Below are positions 28,133 through 38,160 of a stretch of 64,000 nt of DNA, piece by piece. Every line of letters begins with the position of its first letter. The first letter of the stretch is position 1. The translations under genes were made by a program, and so were the position numbers. Below the pieces are notes generated by a model that was not told the origin of the DNA, ran no database searches, and saw only the letters and a program-made list of their open reading frames with translations. The DNA is from Candidatus Woesearchaeota archaeon (lineage in GTDB: Archaea; Nanobdellota; Nanobdellia; Pacearchaeales; GW2011-AR1): the NCBI GenBank assembly GCA_964494915.1, contig CAZBTP010000001.1, forward strand, positions 6,792-70,791, written 5' to 3'.

Positions 28133-28427
28133 ACGTATCTACTTAGAATTATAAAGTTACGAGGACAACTTTATGTTACAACTTTGATAATGTCAAGATG
28201 TTACGACATCTTGAGCATGCTCAAGAACCGGGTGTTCTTGACATTGCTAAATTATCTCAATTACGAAAGATTTAATTTAATGAATGCTGATAATAATATC
28301 GAAGAAAAATATGATACCTTAGCTATTTTTTCAAGGTAAATTTTAAAGATTAGTAGATTTTAGCTTTACAAAGCTAAGCAATTACCAATAGACAAAACCT
28401 TATTAATACCCTCTCTCTTTTCTTACC

Positions 28428-29729
28428 ATGGATTTAGAACAAAAGGTAAAATCCTATCTGGAAAGAATAAAAAAAGAGGACAAGAAAATAAACGCCTTTC
28501 TCCATCTCAATGAGAACGTGCTTCGCGAAGCAAAGGCGATAGACAAGAAACAAAAAAAAGGAAAACTCTACCAGCATATTATAGCAGTAAAGAGCAACAT
28601 ACAAGTAAAAGGACTTATCTGCAATTGTGCATCAAGAACACTTGAAAACTATAGGGCTCCTTATAATGCAACTGTTATTGAAAAAATAAAAGCAGAAGAC
28701 GGCCTCATTGTCGGTATGACAAACATGGATGAATTTGCTGCAGGCTCATCGGGCGAAAATTCTGCGTTTGGTCCAACGCAAAACCCTACAGCCCCCGGCA
28801 GAATTCCAGGAGGCTCCAGCTCAGGCTCAGCAGCAGCTGTCGCAGCCTCATTTTGCAATAGTGCCCTTGGCTCAGACACTGGCGGCTCAGTAAGAAATCC
28901 TGCGAGTCAGTGCGGCATTATGGGCTACAAGCCTTCATACGGACTCGTTTCACGATACGGTCTCATTGACCTCTCAATGTCTCTTGACCAGATCGGTATC
29001 TTAGCAAAAAACCTCGCAGACATAACGCTCCTTCTTTCAGTCATTCAAGGTAAAGACAAGAGAGATACAACGACCTTTGAAGCGCCCCCACTCGAAGAAA
29101 CAAACACGAACGCAATAACGCTAGGCATCCTCTCAATCAAAGGAACAAACAAAAAAATACAAGAGCACATAACAAAAAAGATTGAATCGCTAACAAAAAA
29201 ACATAACTGGAAAACAAAAAATGTAACAATAAAGCACATTGATCTCGCAGTGCAAACCTACTACCTATTAGTCTATGCAGAGTTCTTCTCAGCAACCAGG
29301 AGATTCGATGGGAGGCGCTACGGTAAAAAAATCGAAGATGTTGCAGGTCAGGAAGTGCTAAGGAGAATCCTTGGTGGTAGCGAAACAACAAGAGCAGAAT
29401 TCGAAGGCGCCTACTATGAAAAAGCACGTGCAGTAAAACAGATCATCAAAAAAGAATTCGAAAACCTCTTTAAAGACGTTGACTGCATTGCACTTCCAAC
29501 ACTCCCCTTGCTCCCCTGGAAAATCGGGGAAGGTAACGTAATGAAAGCAGAAGAAATCTACGCTGCAGACGCCCTAACCATACCGGTAAACCTTGCAGAA
29601 GCCTGTGCAATCTCGCTGCCTGCTGGAAAAATCGACAATCTCCCGGTTGGCCTCCAACTCATCTGCGCAAAAGCACATGACGCACGATTACTCTCAATCG
29701 CAAAAAGAATAGAGAAAACACAATGGTAG
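28428..29729 (+). CDS. gatA: Asp/Glu-tRNA amidotransferase subunit A (amidase signature family)
   Basis: GGSSSGSAAAVAA and GSDTGGSVRNPAS amidase-signature motifs. Confidence 0.88.
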   Translation: MDLEQKVKSYLERIKKEDKKINAFLHLNENVLREAKAIDKKQKKGKLYQHIIAVKSNIQVKGLICNCASRTLENYRAPYNATVIEKIKAEDGLIVGMTNMDEFAAGSSGENSAFGPTQNPTAPGRIPGGSSSGSAAAVAASFCNSALGSDTGGSVRNPASQCGIMGYKPSYGLVSRYGLIDLSMSLDQIGILAKNLADITLLLSVIQGKDKRDTTTFEAPPLEETNTNAITLGILSIKGTNKKIQEHITKKIESLTKKHNWKTKNVTIKHIDLAVQTYYLLVYAEFFSATRRFDGRRYGKKIEDVAGQEVLRRILGGSETTRAEFEGAYYEKARAVKQIIKKEFENLFKDVDCIALPTLPLLPWKIGEGNVMKAEEIYAADALTIPVNLAEACAISLPAGKIDNLPVGLQLICAKAHDARLLSIAKRIEKTQW

Positions 29730-30397
29730 AAATAAAAAATATATCGCTCGATTTCCTAGGACATGCAGGTTTTCTTATCAGATTAGAAGATAAGAAAAAG
29801 ATAGCAATCGATCCTTATAATATCTCGCAAAACATTCCACCGGTCGATATTATTCTCATTACACATAGCCACTATGATCATTGTAGTATTAAAGACATAG
29901 AGAAAATTACACAAAAAGGAACGATCATTATTATACCCCCAGACGCTCAGAGCAAGATAACAAAAATAAAGGATGTCGAGATGCAGATCATTGAAGTAGG
30001 CGATGAACTCTCATTTGATACAATCAAGATAGAAGCAGTCCCCGCGTACAACATAAAAAAAGAGTTCCATCCTAAGTCTGAAGGCTGGCTTGGTTACCTC
30101 ATAAAAATAGGTGACGTAATCATATACCACACAGGCGATACTGACAGAATTCCGGAGATGGAAAAACTCACCGGCTATGGAAAACACAATAACGAATTTA
30201 TTATCCTCCTCCCTGTTTCAGGAACCTATACCATGAACGCTGAAGAAGCCGCTGATGTCGCAAAACTTCTTGGTCCGACACTAACAATCCCAATGCACTA
30301 CGGTGCCGGTGTTGCTGGTTCTCGTGAGGACGCAGAGAGATTCCTACAAGAGTGTTCAAAACTAAATATCCGGGCTCAAATCCTCGAGAAAATATGA
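29723..30397 (+). CDS. MBL-fold metal-dependent hydrolase
   Basis: ILITHSHYDH (HxHxDH) plus downstream His/Asp ligands. 7-nt overlap with gatA. Confidence 0.8.
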   Translation: MVEIKNISLDFLGHAGFLIRLEDKKKIAIDPYNISQNIPPVDIILITHSHYDHCSIKDIEKITQKGTIIIIPPDAQSKITKIKDVEMQIIEVGDELSFDTIKIEAVPAYNIKKEFHPKSEGWLGYLIKIGDVIIYHTGDTDRIPEMEKLTGYGKHNNEFIILLPVSGTYTMNAEEAADVAKLLGPTLTIPMHYGAGVAGSREDAERFLQECSKLNIRAQILEKI

Positions 30398-30434
30398 TAG
30401 CATAGTTTTTTAACAATCAATTCTTTCTTCTTAT

Positions 30435-30959
30435 ATGGGGAAATATAAATTGAGGTTATATAACAAAGACTCTCCTAAGTTGTATAAAAGAGAGGAGACC
30501 AAGTTGAAAAAGATTCTTCCTAAAAATACAAATATAGAACATATTGGTAGTAGTGCTGTTGTTGGGTTAAGAGGAAAGGGTTTGATAGATATTATTATAG
30601 CTGTTCCTAAAAGGAAGATTAGTAAAATAAAGATCATCTTAGAAAAAGGAGAGTATGAGTTTCGACCTAATTCTGGGGATAAAGAAAGATTATTCTTTAG
30701 AAGAGACTATACTTCAAATGGAAAAACGCGAAGAGTTCACTTACATCTTACTCACTATCCTAGCAAAACATGGTTAGGAACACGGGCTGTTAGAGACTAT
30801 CTAAGAACTCATAAAGAAGAAGCTCGAGAATATGAGGAAGTTAAAAGAAAAGCTGTTAAGAAAGCTAAAGGTAATGGTGAGACTTATAGGAAAGTTAAGA
30901 ATAAATATCTTAAGCTACTAACTAAGAAGGCTCTAAAATCACTAAAATTAAAACTCTAA
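30435..30959 (+). CDS. GrpB/UPF0157-family protein (nucleotidyltransferase-like)
   Basis: IEHIGSSAVVGLRGKGLIDIIIAV pattern and Lys-rich tail. Confidence 0.65.
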   Translation: MGKYKLRLYNKDSPKLYKREETKLKKILPKNTNIEHIGSSAVVGLRGKGLIDIIIAVPKRKISKIKIILEKGEYEFRPNSGDKERLFFRRDYTSNGKTRRVHLHLTHYPSKTWLGTRAVRDYLRTHKEEAREYEEVKRKAVKKAKGNGETYRKVKNKYLKLLTKKALKSLKLKL

Positions 30960-31254
30960 TCTATACATTTAGAACCACGCCATTTGGAGATAAGATACTT
31001 AGATACTTTCTCTAAAAAGATATTAAAGGAAAAACCTAACTTCATTATAAGTATAGCTAAGAGCAACAACACAGAGGGTTAGCACCTAAAAAGGCTAACC
31101 CTTTATAGATTATCGCCCTCTATATACTATCAATTACCCTCAGTGCCGCCATCGAAGAGAGTATAAAAACCCAGCAACACACAACAATCAAATATATAAA
31201 GGTAATAGACCTCACAAAAAAGAAAACTGAAAGGAGGCATATAAAAAAAGGTAA

Positions 31255-32334
31255 ATGGTCCTAGACATTGCGAAAGAGGCAATCGCAAGCGCGCAAACAC
31301 ACAGTATAAACTTTGATGAACTCCGTGCAGGAAAAGCAAACATCAAGGTTTTTGGTGTCGGTGGCGCTGGGTGCAATGCAATAACCTGGCTTTTTAACAA
31401 GGGAATCAATGGTGCAACAATCTACGGAGTAAACACAGATGCCCTCCATTTAAGTATTACAAAATCAGATGAGAAAGTTCTCATCGGAAAAGAACTTACA
31501 CGAGGTCTTGGTGCGGGCGGTAAACCAAATGTTGGAAGAGAGGCGGCAAAAGAGTCAATATCAGAACTAAAGAGAGCAACAAGCGGCGCAGACATGGTCT
31601 TTGTCCTTGTAGGTCTCGGAGGTGGTACTGGCACCGGAGCAGCGCCGGTTGTAGCGCAACTCGCCAAAGAATCAGGCGCGGTTGTTATTGCAGTAGCAAC
31701 AATGCCTTTTGATTGTGAAAAAGTACGGCAGGATAAGGCAGAATTTGGTTTACAAGAACTCGTTGAAGTAGTTGACACAGCAATACTCATTGACAACAAT
31801 CGTCTCGTTGATATCGCAGGTAATCTCCCCATGGAACAAGCATTTGCAGTCGCGAATGAATTAGTGAGTACAATGATTAAGGGTATCGTAGAAACGATTA
31901 CGCTTCCATCATTGATCAATCTCGACTATGCAGACGTTGCTGCAATCATGAAAAACGGAGAGGTTGCAGTTATTGGCGTCGGTGAATCAGATACAACATC
32001 ACGAGCCGATGAAGCAGTACGCCAAGCACTGACACAACCACTACTCGATGTTGACTACAGGGGCGCAACAGGCGCATTAATCCACATTACCTGTGGTCCA
32101 GATTTCAAACTCGAAGAATTCTCAAGCGTTGGTGAACTCGTTACAGAAAACATCAGTCCAGAAGCTCAAGTAATTATTGGCGCGCGCATTAATAAAGACT
32201 TTGCAAACCGCGTTCGCGTTATTACCATTATGACAGGAGTAAAATCTCCGTACGTTCTCGGACGAGCAGCATACAAGGAACAAGAACGCGCAACGTCAGA
32301 AATGTCAGAGCTCGGTATAGAAGTCTTTAGATAA
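31255..32334 (+). CDS. ftsZ: cell division GTPase FtsZ
   Basis: Tubulin signature GGGTGTGAAP, VFGVGGAGCNA nucleotide-binding loop, T7-loop region. Confidence 0.9.
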   Translation: MVLDIAKEAIASAQTHSINFDELRAGKANIKVFGVGGAGCNAITWLFNKGINGATIYGVNTDALHLSITKSDEKVLIGKELTRGLGAGGKPNVGREAAKESISELKRATSGADMVFVLVGLGGGTGTGAAPVVAQLAKESGAVVIAVATMPFDCEKVRQDKAEFGLQELVEVVDTAILIDNNRLVDIAGNLPMEQAFAVANELVSTMIKGIVETITLPSLINLDYADVAAIMKNGEVAVIGVGESDTTSRADEAVRQALTQPLLDVDYRGATGALIHITCGPDFKLEEFSSVGELVTENISPEAQVIIGARINKDFANRVRVITIMTGVKSPYVLGRAAYKEQERATSEMSELGIEVFR

Positions 32335-32367
32335 GTTTTATTTTTTTCTTCTTTTTCTTTTTACCAA

Positions 32368-32949
32368 TTAACTTGGTGGGCGATAATCCTCTCTATCCTC
32401 TTCAAATATAGTAGGTCTCCTTTTATTCCCCCAACGTTCCCAATGAACAGTCGCTTCAAGCGATCGCTTTTTCCGCACAGCACTTCCTTTCTGCACTAAC
32501 TCATACCCAACAGGAATAATCGCTTCAACCTGCATGTGCTGAGGGATCTTTAACTTCTCCTTAACAAGTTCATCAGGATATGCTCCTACCCAACATCCGC
32601 TTAATCCAGAATGGACGAGTGAGAGTAAGATCGTCTGAATCACAGCCCCTGCCTGCTGTCGTGAGTACACGCGGCCTCGTTCTCCATACATATTCTCCAA
32701 ATGAATATCATCAGAAACAACGATAATAAACAACGACGCTTCAGCAGTCCATAGCTGCTCAGCCAATGAAGCCAAGGTACGTATCATTTCTTTATCTTCA
32801 ACAATAATAAATCGTATATTTGTATGATTCCCTGCAAACGGTCCCTGCAATGCAGCATCAATCGCATACAGCACGTCCTTCCAACTAGCACGTTTTTTCA
32901 AAAAACTCCGAACAGATGTCCGTTGTTTCACGACCTCATTAAAATCCAT
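32368..32949 (-). CDS. nitroreductase-family protein
   Basis: KQRTSVRSF N-terminal motif and overall 190-aa nitroreductase-like pattern. Confidence 0.7.
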   Translation of the reverse strand: MDFNEVVKQRTSVRSFLKKRASWKDVLYAIDAALQGPFAGNHTNIRFIIVEDKEMIRTLASLAEQLWTAEASLFIIVVSDDIHLENMYGERGRVYSRQQAGAVIQTILLSLVHSGLSGCWVGAYPDELVKEKLKIPQHMQVEAIIPVGYELVQKGSAVRKKRSLEATVHWERWGNKRRPTIFEEDREDYRPPS

Positions 32950-32982
32950 AGAGTAAAAAAGAAACCATTCTATAAAAACCTT

Positions 32983-34083
32983 TCACCGCAGCCTCATCTC
33001 CCCTCCTCCAACAACGCGCTCGCCATCATAGATCACAAGCGCCTGTCCTTCAGCAATTCCCCAAACAGGTTTCTTAAAGTGAAATACGAATCTTCCCTTT
33101 CTCCTCGTCAAGCTCCCGTAATGCAACACACCACGATGTCGTATTCTCCCCCGTAATCTTCGCGAGTATATTTGAGCATTATGAGCAACAAACAGAAATT
33201 TCCTTACAAAGACCTTCTTTCCCTTCAGCAACGAATCTCCCTCAGGTACAACCACGAGGACATTTCCTCTTTTTTTTGCTGCAACATATAGCCTTCTCTT
33301 CCTCCATAGCTCGGCTTTTTCATTAAAAACAAATTCCTTCCCTTCACCAACGCGCTCCCCAATAGTAAAAAATACACTCCCGGGATGTGTTCCAATAATC
33401 TCCCCTCGAGGCGACATAACATCCCCCTTCTTTTTTTTAATTCTTTTCTTCAAAAAAGCCTTCATATCCATCTTCCCAATAAAACAAATCCCCCGCGTTC
33501 CTTGCTTATTCCAATTTGGAAATCCGTTCTTCCGTGCGAGAGCTCGAATCCCATCCTTCCGATAACCACCGAGAGGGAAAAGCGTATGCCTTAAATCTTT
33601 TTGTGTAAGTTCATACAAAAAATACGACTGATCCTTGTCATTATCAGCCCCGCGCAATAACTCGTATTCCTTCGTTCCATGCTGAACTCTCGCGTAATGT
33701 CCTGTCGCGATAAAATCTGCCCCAAGCGATCGCGCCTTCTTCCATAAAAATGGAAACTTAATAACGCGATTGCACAAAATATCAGGATTCGGCGTTAAAC
33801 CACTCGCATAGTCTTTGTACATACAATCGATTACAGAACGTTTATATTCCCTTTCAGAATCAATCATCACAATTGGAATGTTCAGCATACCAGCAACGCG
33901 CTGAGCCATTCTCCATTCCTCCCTCCAATGACACTCCCCACTCGTAGGATCCTTACGATCAGAATAATTCTTCATAAACGCACCAATAACCTTATATCCC
34001 TTCTTCTTCAACAACAACGCAGCCACGCTTGAATCAACGCCTCCTGACATCCCAACAAGGACCGTTTCTCTATGAACACGCAT
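32983..34083 (-). CDS. mnmA: tRNA-specific 2-thiouridylase MnmA
   Basis: PP-loop VGMSGGVDSSVAA, catalytic Cys context, 366 aa. Confidence 0.9.
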   Translation of the reverse strand: MRVHRETVLVGMSGGVDSSVAALLLKKKGYKVIGAFMKNYSDRKDPTSGECHWREEWRMAQRVAGMLNIPIVMIDSEREYKRSVIDCMYKDYASGLTPNPDILCNRVIKFPFLWKKARSLGADFIATGHYARVQHGTKEYELLRGADNDKDQSYFLYELTQKDLRHTLFPLGGYRKDGIRALARKNGFPNWNKQGTRGICFIGKMDMKAFLKKRIKKKKGDVMSPRGEIIGTHPGSVFFTIGERVGEGKEFVFNEKAELWRKRRLYVAAKKRGNVLVVVPEGDSLLKGKKVFVRKFLFVAHNAQIYSRRLRGRIRHRGVLHYGSLTRRKGRFVFHFKKPVWGIAEGQALVIYDGERVVGGGEMRLR

Positions 34084-34133
34084 ACAACAACCAACGAAAA
34101 AAGATTTATAACTATTACTGTCTTTCCTTTCCT

Positions 34134-34358
34134 ATGGCGGAAAAAGTGTCGACAGGCGGCGTAAAGTCATTCACGTACACGAAAGAGCACAATCCTCGAC
34201 TTACTTCAGAACAAAAACAAGAAATTAGAGAGGCCTACCAACACTATGATGAGCGAAAAGCACGTCAAAAAAAAGAGAAGAGAACGAGAATAATCATCAT
34301 AAGTATCATTATCCTTATCCTCATCATACTCGCAGTACTATTCCTCAGAAAATCCTAA
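34134..34358 (+). CDS. hypothetical small protein with C-terminal TM helix
   Basis: MAEKVSTGG... ending IIIISIIILILIILAVLFL. Track ORF 34029-34358 overlaps the mnmA start, so the internal ATG at 34134 is used. Confidence 0.25.
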   Translation: MAEKVSTGGVKSFTYTKEHNPRLTSEQKQEIREAYQHYDERKARQKKEKRTRIIIISIIILILIILAVLFLRKS

Positions 34359-34360
34359 CA

Positions 34361-34999
34361 TCAAACACGCCGAAATCGCTGCGATGCAAGGATATAACCA
34401 ATAAACGCGATATTTAACAAAACACCGACCATAGCCTCAAGAGCAGCAATAAACTTATTAATCCCTAAGGGGGTAAAGTCGCCATAACCAACTGTCGTAA
34501 AAGTAATTGCACTATAATAAAGCGAATCAGGAAAAGATATCACTGTCGGTTTACTAAGATACAAAAATTGCGTATCGCTCGCATAATACGCCCCCGCGAA
34601 TAAAAGAATAATCATCGTCACAAAAAACCCATAACTCAGAATAAACACTGCAACCCTCTTTGATTTCAAAAGATGATCAATCCATGGAATCAATCCAACT
34701 GAATATATCATGACAAAAACGATAACAATAATAATAATCGAATTGATCTGCTCTCGTAAGATCAGATTGATAATCCCAAAAATAACAATAAGCGCGAGTG
34801 CCGTATAATCCTCAAAAATACTTCCACCAATACGACGCATATCATAGATACGTAATCCAACAAAAACTAAGATCAAGAGAGTGGTAAACACAGGTGGCAC
34901 ATGCAAGTACTGTTCAGAAAACAATGACCCCAACAAAAGAGCAGCAATAACAACCGCTAATATGAACTCAGCCCGCTGCAGAGATACCCTCTTTTTCAT
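34361..34999 (-). CDS. potassium channel family protein
   Basis: K+ selectivity filter TTVGYGDFTP after multiple TM helices. Start moved to MKKRVSL because the track ORF (to 35101) runs into tRNA-Asn. Confidence 0.7.
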   Translation of the reverse strand: MKKRVSLQRAEFILAVVIAALLLGSLFSEQYLHVPPVFTTLLILVFVGLRIYDMRRIGGSIFEDYTALALIVIFGIINLILREQINSIIIIVIVFVMIYSVGLIPWIDHLLKSKRVAVFILSYGFFVTMIILLFAGAYYASDTQFLYLSKPTVISFPDSLYYSAITFTTVGYGDFTPLGINKFIAALEAMVGVLLNIAFIGYILASQRFRRV

Positions 35000-35042
35000 A
35001 TCCAATAAACGTACAGGAGCTTTATAAGGCTTGTCGAGAAAA

Positions 35043-35128
35043 CGTCCCGGAGAGGACTCGAACCTCTGACCCCATGGTGTCTGTACGACGATAACAGCCA
35101 TGTGCTCTGCCAGCTGAGCTACCGGGAC
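35043..35128 (-). tRNA. tRNA-Asn (anticodon GUU) with 13-nt intron after position 37
   Basis: Cloverleaf GUCCCGG-UA-GCUCAGCUGGCAGAGC-A-CAUGG[CUGUUA+UCGUCGUACAGAC+A]CCAUG-GGGUC-AGAGGUUCGAGUCCUCU-CCGGGAC-G. No CCA encoded. Confidence 0.75.
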
Positions 35129-35387
35129 TCATCCCTTCCAACAAAAAACGTTATTTAACCTTTGTGGCCAAAAAGTCCATATCCTGAATCGCAATTAGAT
35201 TGTGGATGAATTGGCCTGGAAGGATATATAAATATGGATATTGTAGTTGTAATAATAAAAATAAATATTTTAGGCAAGGGACTTGCCTTGTGGAGACGAT
35301 GTCAGACTTTCCTTTGGGAAATCAGTTGTCTATAAAGCAAGAAGCCATAACCTCAACAGAAAATGTTAGGTTATGATAGTTCACACA

Positions 35388-35882
35388 TTACTTCAGATAC
35401 GCTTCTTTTCGAATCCGATTCATTCGCTCAAGATATTTATACATATTCGCCTGTTTCGATCCTCTGATAATATGGGTAATAGCAGTAACTGCATGTTCAA
35501 TCGACTCGCTATCTCCAATAATCCCAACATCATAATCCCGAATAATCAAGAAACATCCGGAAATTTTCTCAATCGTCCGTTTTGTTTTTCCCTTTGTTCC
35601 CACGATGCGAGAAAGAACATCTCGCAAATTCTTCCGCCGGGTATAATCACGAATACGTATCTTTCGGAAATGATAGTCTTCCTCTATCAGCAAGAGCGCT
35701 TTCTGAACAGAGAACCCAAACGCAATCGCTTCAAAGACCAATGCTGCCCCATACTCATCTAACGGCAATCCTTCAAAGCGAACCTGCCCTCCGTTTACAG
35801 CAATACGAACATTCAATCTCTTCTCAAGCTCTTGCTTTTTCTTCTTTACACGCCCGCTATTGCGCATATACACGAGTTCCAT
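35388..35882 (-). CDS. KH-domain RNA-binding protein (Dim2/Pno1/Krr1-like)
   Basis: GxxG KH loop IVGTKGKTKRTIEKISG and a second KH-like segment. Confidence 0.5.
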   Translation of the reverse strand: MELVYMRNSGRVKKKKQELEKRLNVRIAVNGGQVRFEGLPLDEYGAALVFEAIAFGFSVQKALLLIEEDYHFRKIRIRDYTRRKNLRDVLSRIVGTKGKTKRTIEKISGCFLIIRDYDVGIIGDSESIEHAVTAITHIIRGSKQANMYKYLERMNRIRKEAYLK

Positions 35883-35925
35883 TAATTGAGAATGTAAATC
35901 TCCTTTTTAAGCTATCGGCTGAGTA

Positions 35926-36231
35926 TTATAACAATACCAACGCAAAGGGAATTCCCTGTACGTATCCTATATTTCCTCGAACAATAATTCCTACCTCAAG
36001 CGCGATCTGTACTGAATTTTTTCCAACAATATTAAACGTCGCGTCTTCCTGAGACTCGTGTTTCAGAATAGTTACAAGCTGTTCAGCGAATACTTCCTCG
36101 CCCTTATAAAAACCCTCACGTACATCAAGCTGTCGTTTTCCTTCTTCAAATTTTTTTCCGAGTAAATCAGCATCGCATACCGCCACAAGATGCCGATATT
36201 GCGTATATATCTTTAAAAAGAACCAGTGCTC
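35926..36231 (-). CDS. DUF424-family archaeal protein
   Basis: LKIYTQYRHLVAVCDADLLGKKFEEGKRQLDVREGFYKGEEV matches the DUF424 consensus (ICDEELLGK...EGFY.GE). Start taken at MEHWFF, shorter than track ORF 35926-36303. Confidence 0.5.
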   Translation of the reverse strand, partial: EHWFFLKIYTQYRHLVAVCDADLLGKKFEEGKRQLDVREGFYKGEEVFAEQLVTILKHESQEDATFNIVGKNSVQIALEVGIIVRGNIGYVQGIPFALVLL

Positions 36232-36288
36232 CATAGTGACATTTAAAAGCACTGCTTTAAATAAGTTACGCTCACCAGAAGAAAAGAG

Positions 36289-36816
36289 ATGGCACAACGA
36301 CATCGGTTACGTCATACAATCGTATTTACTATTTTGTTATTAGTTCTAATGCTTCTTATCTTGTCATATAGACATCTTTCGTACGCTGAACAAAGATCGC
36401 ACCCCCGAGAGAGTCGTGTTTTAAAAAATCCTGTCGAAGACCTAAGTGACGAAGAAGCAATTGCGCAGTTTAATGAAGACTTTGTTTTGTACCTATTATA
36501 CACAATAAAAGCACAGAGATTGCACAATCCTCCACTAAGCAAGAGTACGCCGAAAATAGAGGTTTTTGTTGACGAGGACGTGTATCGTGCAGAAGTTATC
36601 GATAACGTAATTTACGTTGGGCGCGGGCGTTTTTCTGCGAAAGATATTGTTATTACAACAAGTGCTCGAGAAGCAGTTCAGATGTTGCGTGATCAATCAC
36701 ATATTGTCGAATCGTTTGCACAAGGAAATTCGCATCTTGAAATCATCGAGGACAAAGTAACATTATTTGCAAAAGGATACCGAGAGATTCATAATGAAGT
36801 AACGAAAAAGACGTGA
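36289..36816 (+). CDS. hypothetical membrane-anchored protein
   Basis: N-terminal TM TIVFTILLLVLMLLILSY followed by a soluble domain. Confidence 0.4.
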   Translation: MAQRHRLRHTIVFTILLLVLMLLILSYRHLSYAEQRSHPRESRVLKNPVEDLSDEEAIAQFNEDFVLYLLYTIKAQRLHNPPLSKSTPKIEVFVDEDVYRAEVIDNVIYVGRGRFSAKDIVITTSAREAVQMLRDQSHIVESFAQGNSHLEIIEDKVTLFAKGYREIHNEVTKKT

Positions 36817-36929
36817 GTGCTTTTTTGCACATTTTATTCGCTACTCTTGCGGGTAACACAGATAGGGAAAGATTTAAAAATCTGATATTGTGGGTCTAAT
36901 ATATAGATTACAATATATAGATTATAACC

Positions 36930-37205
36930 ATGGATGAAACACGAGACAACTTCGACATCTTTTTCAGGCGAAAACCTGCGATGATGTTGGTTGCATTAAA
37001 GCGGATCACACGAGTACGTTACGGAAGCATACTTGCAAAGGAGGTTGACTGTACGTATAGTCATGCTGTCAAGATTCTGCAAAGCCTCGAGCGTTTAGGA
37101 TTGGTAATGTTTGAGAAGAAAGGAAGGATAAAGTTAATTAAACTTACAAAAAGAGGACAAGAAGTTGCTGAGAATATAGAGAATATTAAAAAATCAATTA
37201 GTTAG
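36930..37205 (+). CDS. winged-helix transcriptional regulator
   Basis: 91-aa wHTH-like YGSILAKEVDCTYSHAVKILQSLERLGLV. Its last 6 codons lie within the 72-bp direct repeat. Confidence 0.5.
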   Translation: MDETRDNFDIFFRRKPAMMLVALKRITRVRYGSILAKEVDCTYSHAVKILQSLERLGLVMFEKKGRIKLIKLTKRGQEVAENIENIKKSIS

Positions 37206-37256
37206 GACCTCGTTGCATAAAAGAGCGCCTGTGCTTAAATTGCCGCTGTCTCTTCA
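37185..37256. repeat. 72-bp perfect direct repeat, left copy, bracketing the HEPN-MNT cassette
   Basis: attaaaaaatcaattagttaggacctcgttgcataaaagagcgcctgtgcttaaattgccgctgtctcttca is identical at 37185-37256 and 38277-38348. Confidence 0.9.
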
Positions 37257-37268
37257 CTGTCATGATGT

Positions 37269-37754
37269 TTGAATGGCCCAGACGGACTTCGTGATAAAAA
37301 GTTTCAAAGTAGGGTAATCTCAACATCTTTGTTTTCTGGAAAGTTTTTTATACCGCCTCTTCTTAGATCAAAAATGAGAAAGGAAGTCGGCAATTGGTTA
37401 AAACAGGCAAATAAAGACTTAGAAGTAGCAGAAAAGAATATCAAAATTGAAGAATATTACTCTGCTGTTTTTTGGTGCCAGCAAGCTGTTGAAAAAGGAT
37501 TAAAAGCAGTATATATACTAAAACATAATACCTTGCCGCCAAAAATACACGACTTAGTAGAAATTTGTAGATTGGTAAAGGCACCAGACAACATAGTCTT
37601 GCTGTCCGGGAAGATCGTCACAGCATACATATTCTCACGTTATCCGGGGGCTGCTCCAGAGATGCCCGAAGACTATTATGACAAGGGCAAGGCAGAAGAA
37701 CATGTTAAAATAGCTAAGGAGGTTCTAGAATGGGTTATAAAACTGATAAAATAA
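37269..37754 (+). CDS. HEPN-domain protein
   Basis: FWCQQAVEKGLKAVYILKHNTLPPKIHDL, typical of the HEPN helical core. Start may be MRKEVGN at about 37374. Confidence 0.6.
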   Translation: MNGPDGLRDKKFQSRVISTSLFSGKFFIPPLLRSKMRKEVGNWLKQANKDLEVAEKNIKIEEYYSAVFWCQQAVEKGLKAVYILKHNTLPPKIHDLVEICRLVKAPDNIVLLSGKIVTAYIFSRYPGAAPEMPEDYYDKGKAEEHVKIAKEVLEWVIKLIK

Positions 37755-38047
37755 TTAATTCTTTTGTAAAAAAAGTTAGAAATAAGGTTCCTTCGTCAAG
37801 AATTTATTTATTTGGCTCTAGGGCGAGGGGAACTGCAAAAAAAGGTAGTGATTACGACTTCCTTATTATAAGTAAGGATTTCAGAAATTTTAATTTTGAA
37901 GAAAGATCTGCCAAGATTTATTTTCTAAAAAGAAAGATTCCTGCGGCGATGGATATTTTATGCTACACTCCAGAAGAATTTGAAAAAAAGAAAAAGCAGA
38001 TTGGTATTGTTAAAATCGCTGTTGAAGAGGGAATCGAGATAAAATGA
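37730..38047 (+). CDS. minimal nucleotidyltransferase (MNT)
   Basis: IYLFGSRARGTAKKGSDYDFLII (GS-x9-DxD). Overlaps HEPN gene end. Confidence 0.7.
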   Translation: MGYKTDKIINSFVKKVRNKVPSSRIYLFGSRARGTAKKGSDYDFLIISKDFRNFNFEERSAKIYFLKRKIPAAMDILCYTPEEFEKKKKQIGIVKIAVEEGIEIK

Positions 38048-38160
38048 TATTATTTTACTTTATTATCGGCTTGATTGAAATTCTATTATTTTTGTTCTTG
38101 TCGCTTAATGGAACTTATTTATCCAGATTATGTGTCCCTCTTGAAAAATTAGATTGTATT

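Noticed and set aside
31422-31919. 165-aa minus-strand ORF
   Set aside because: It is antisense to ftsZ (GGGTGTG signature on the + strand).
34999-35101. N-terminal 34 codons of track ORF 34361-35101
   Set aside because: They overlap tRNA-Asn on the same strand. The internal Met gives a normal K+ channel start.
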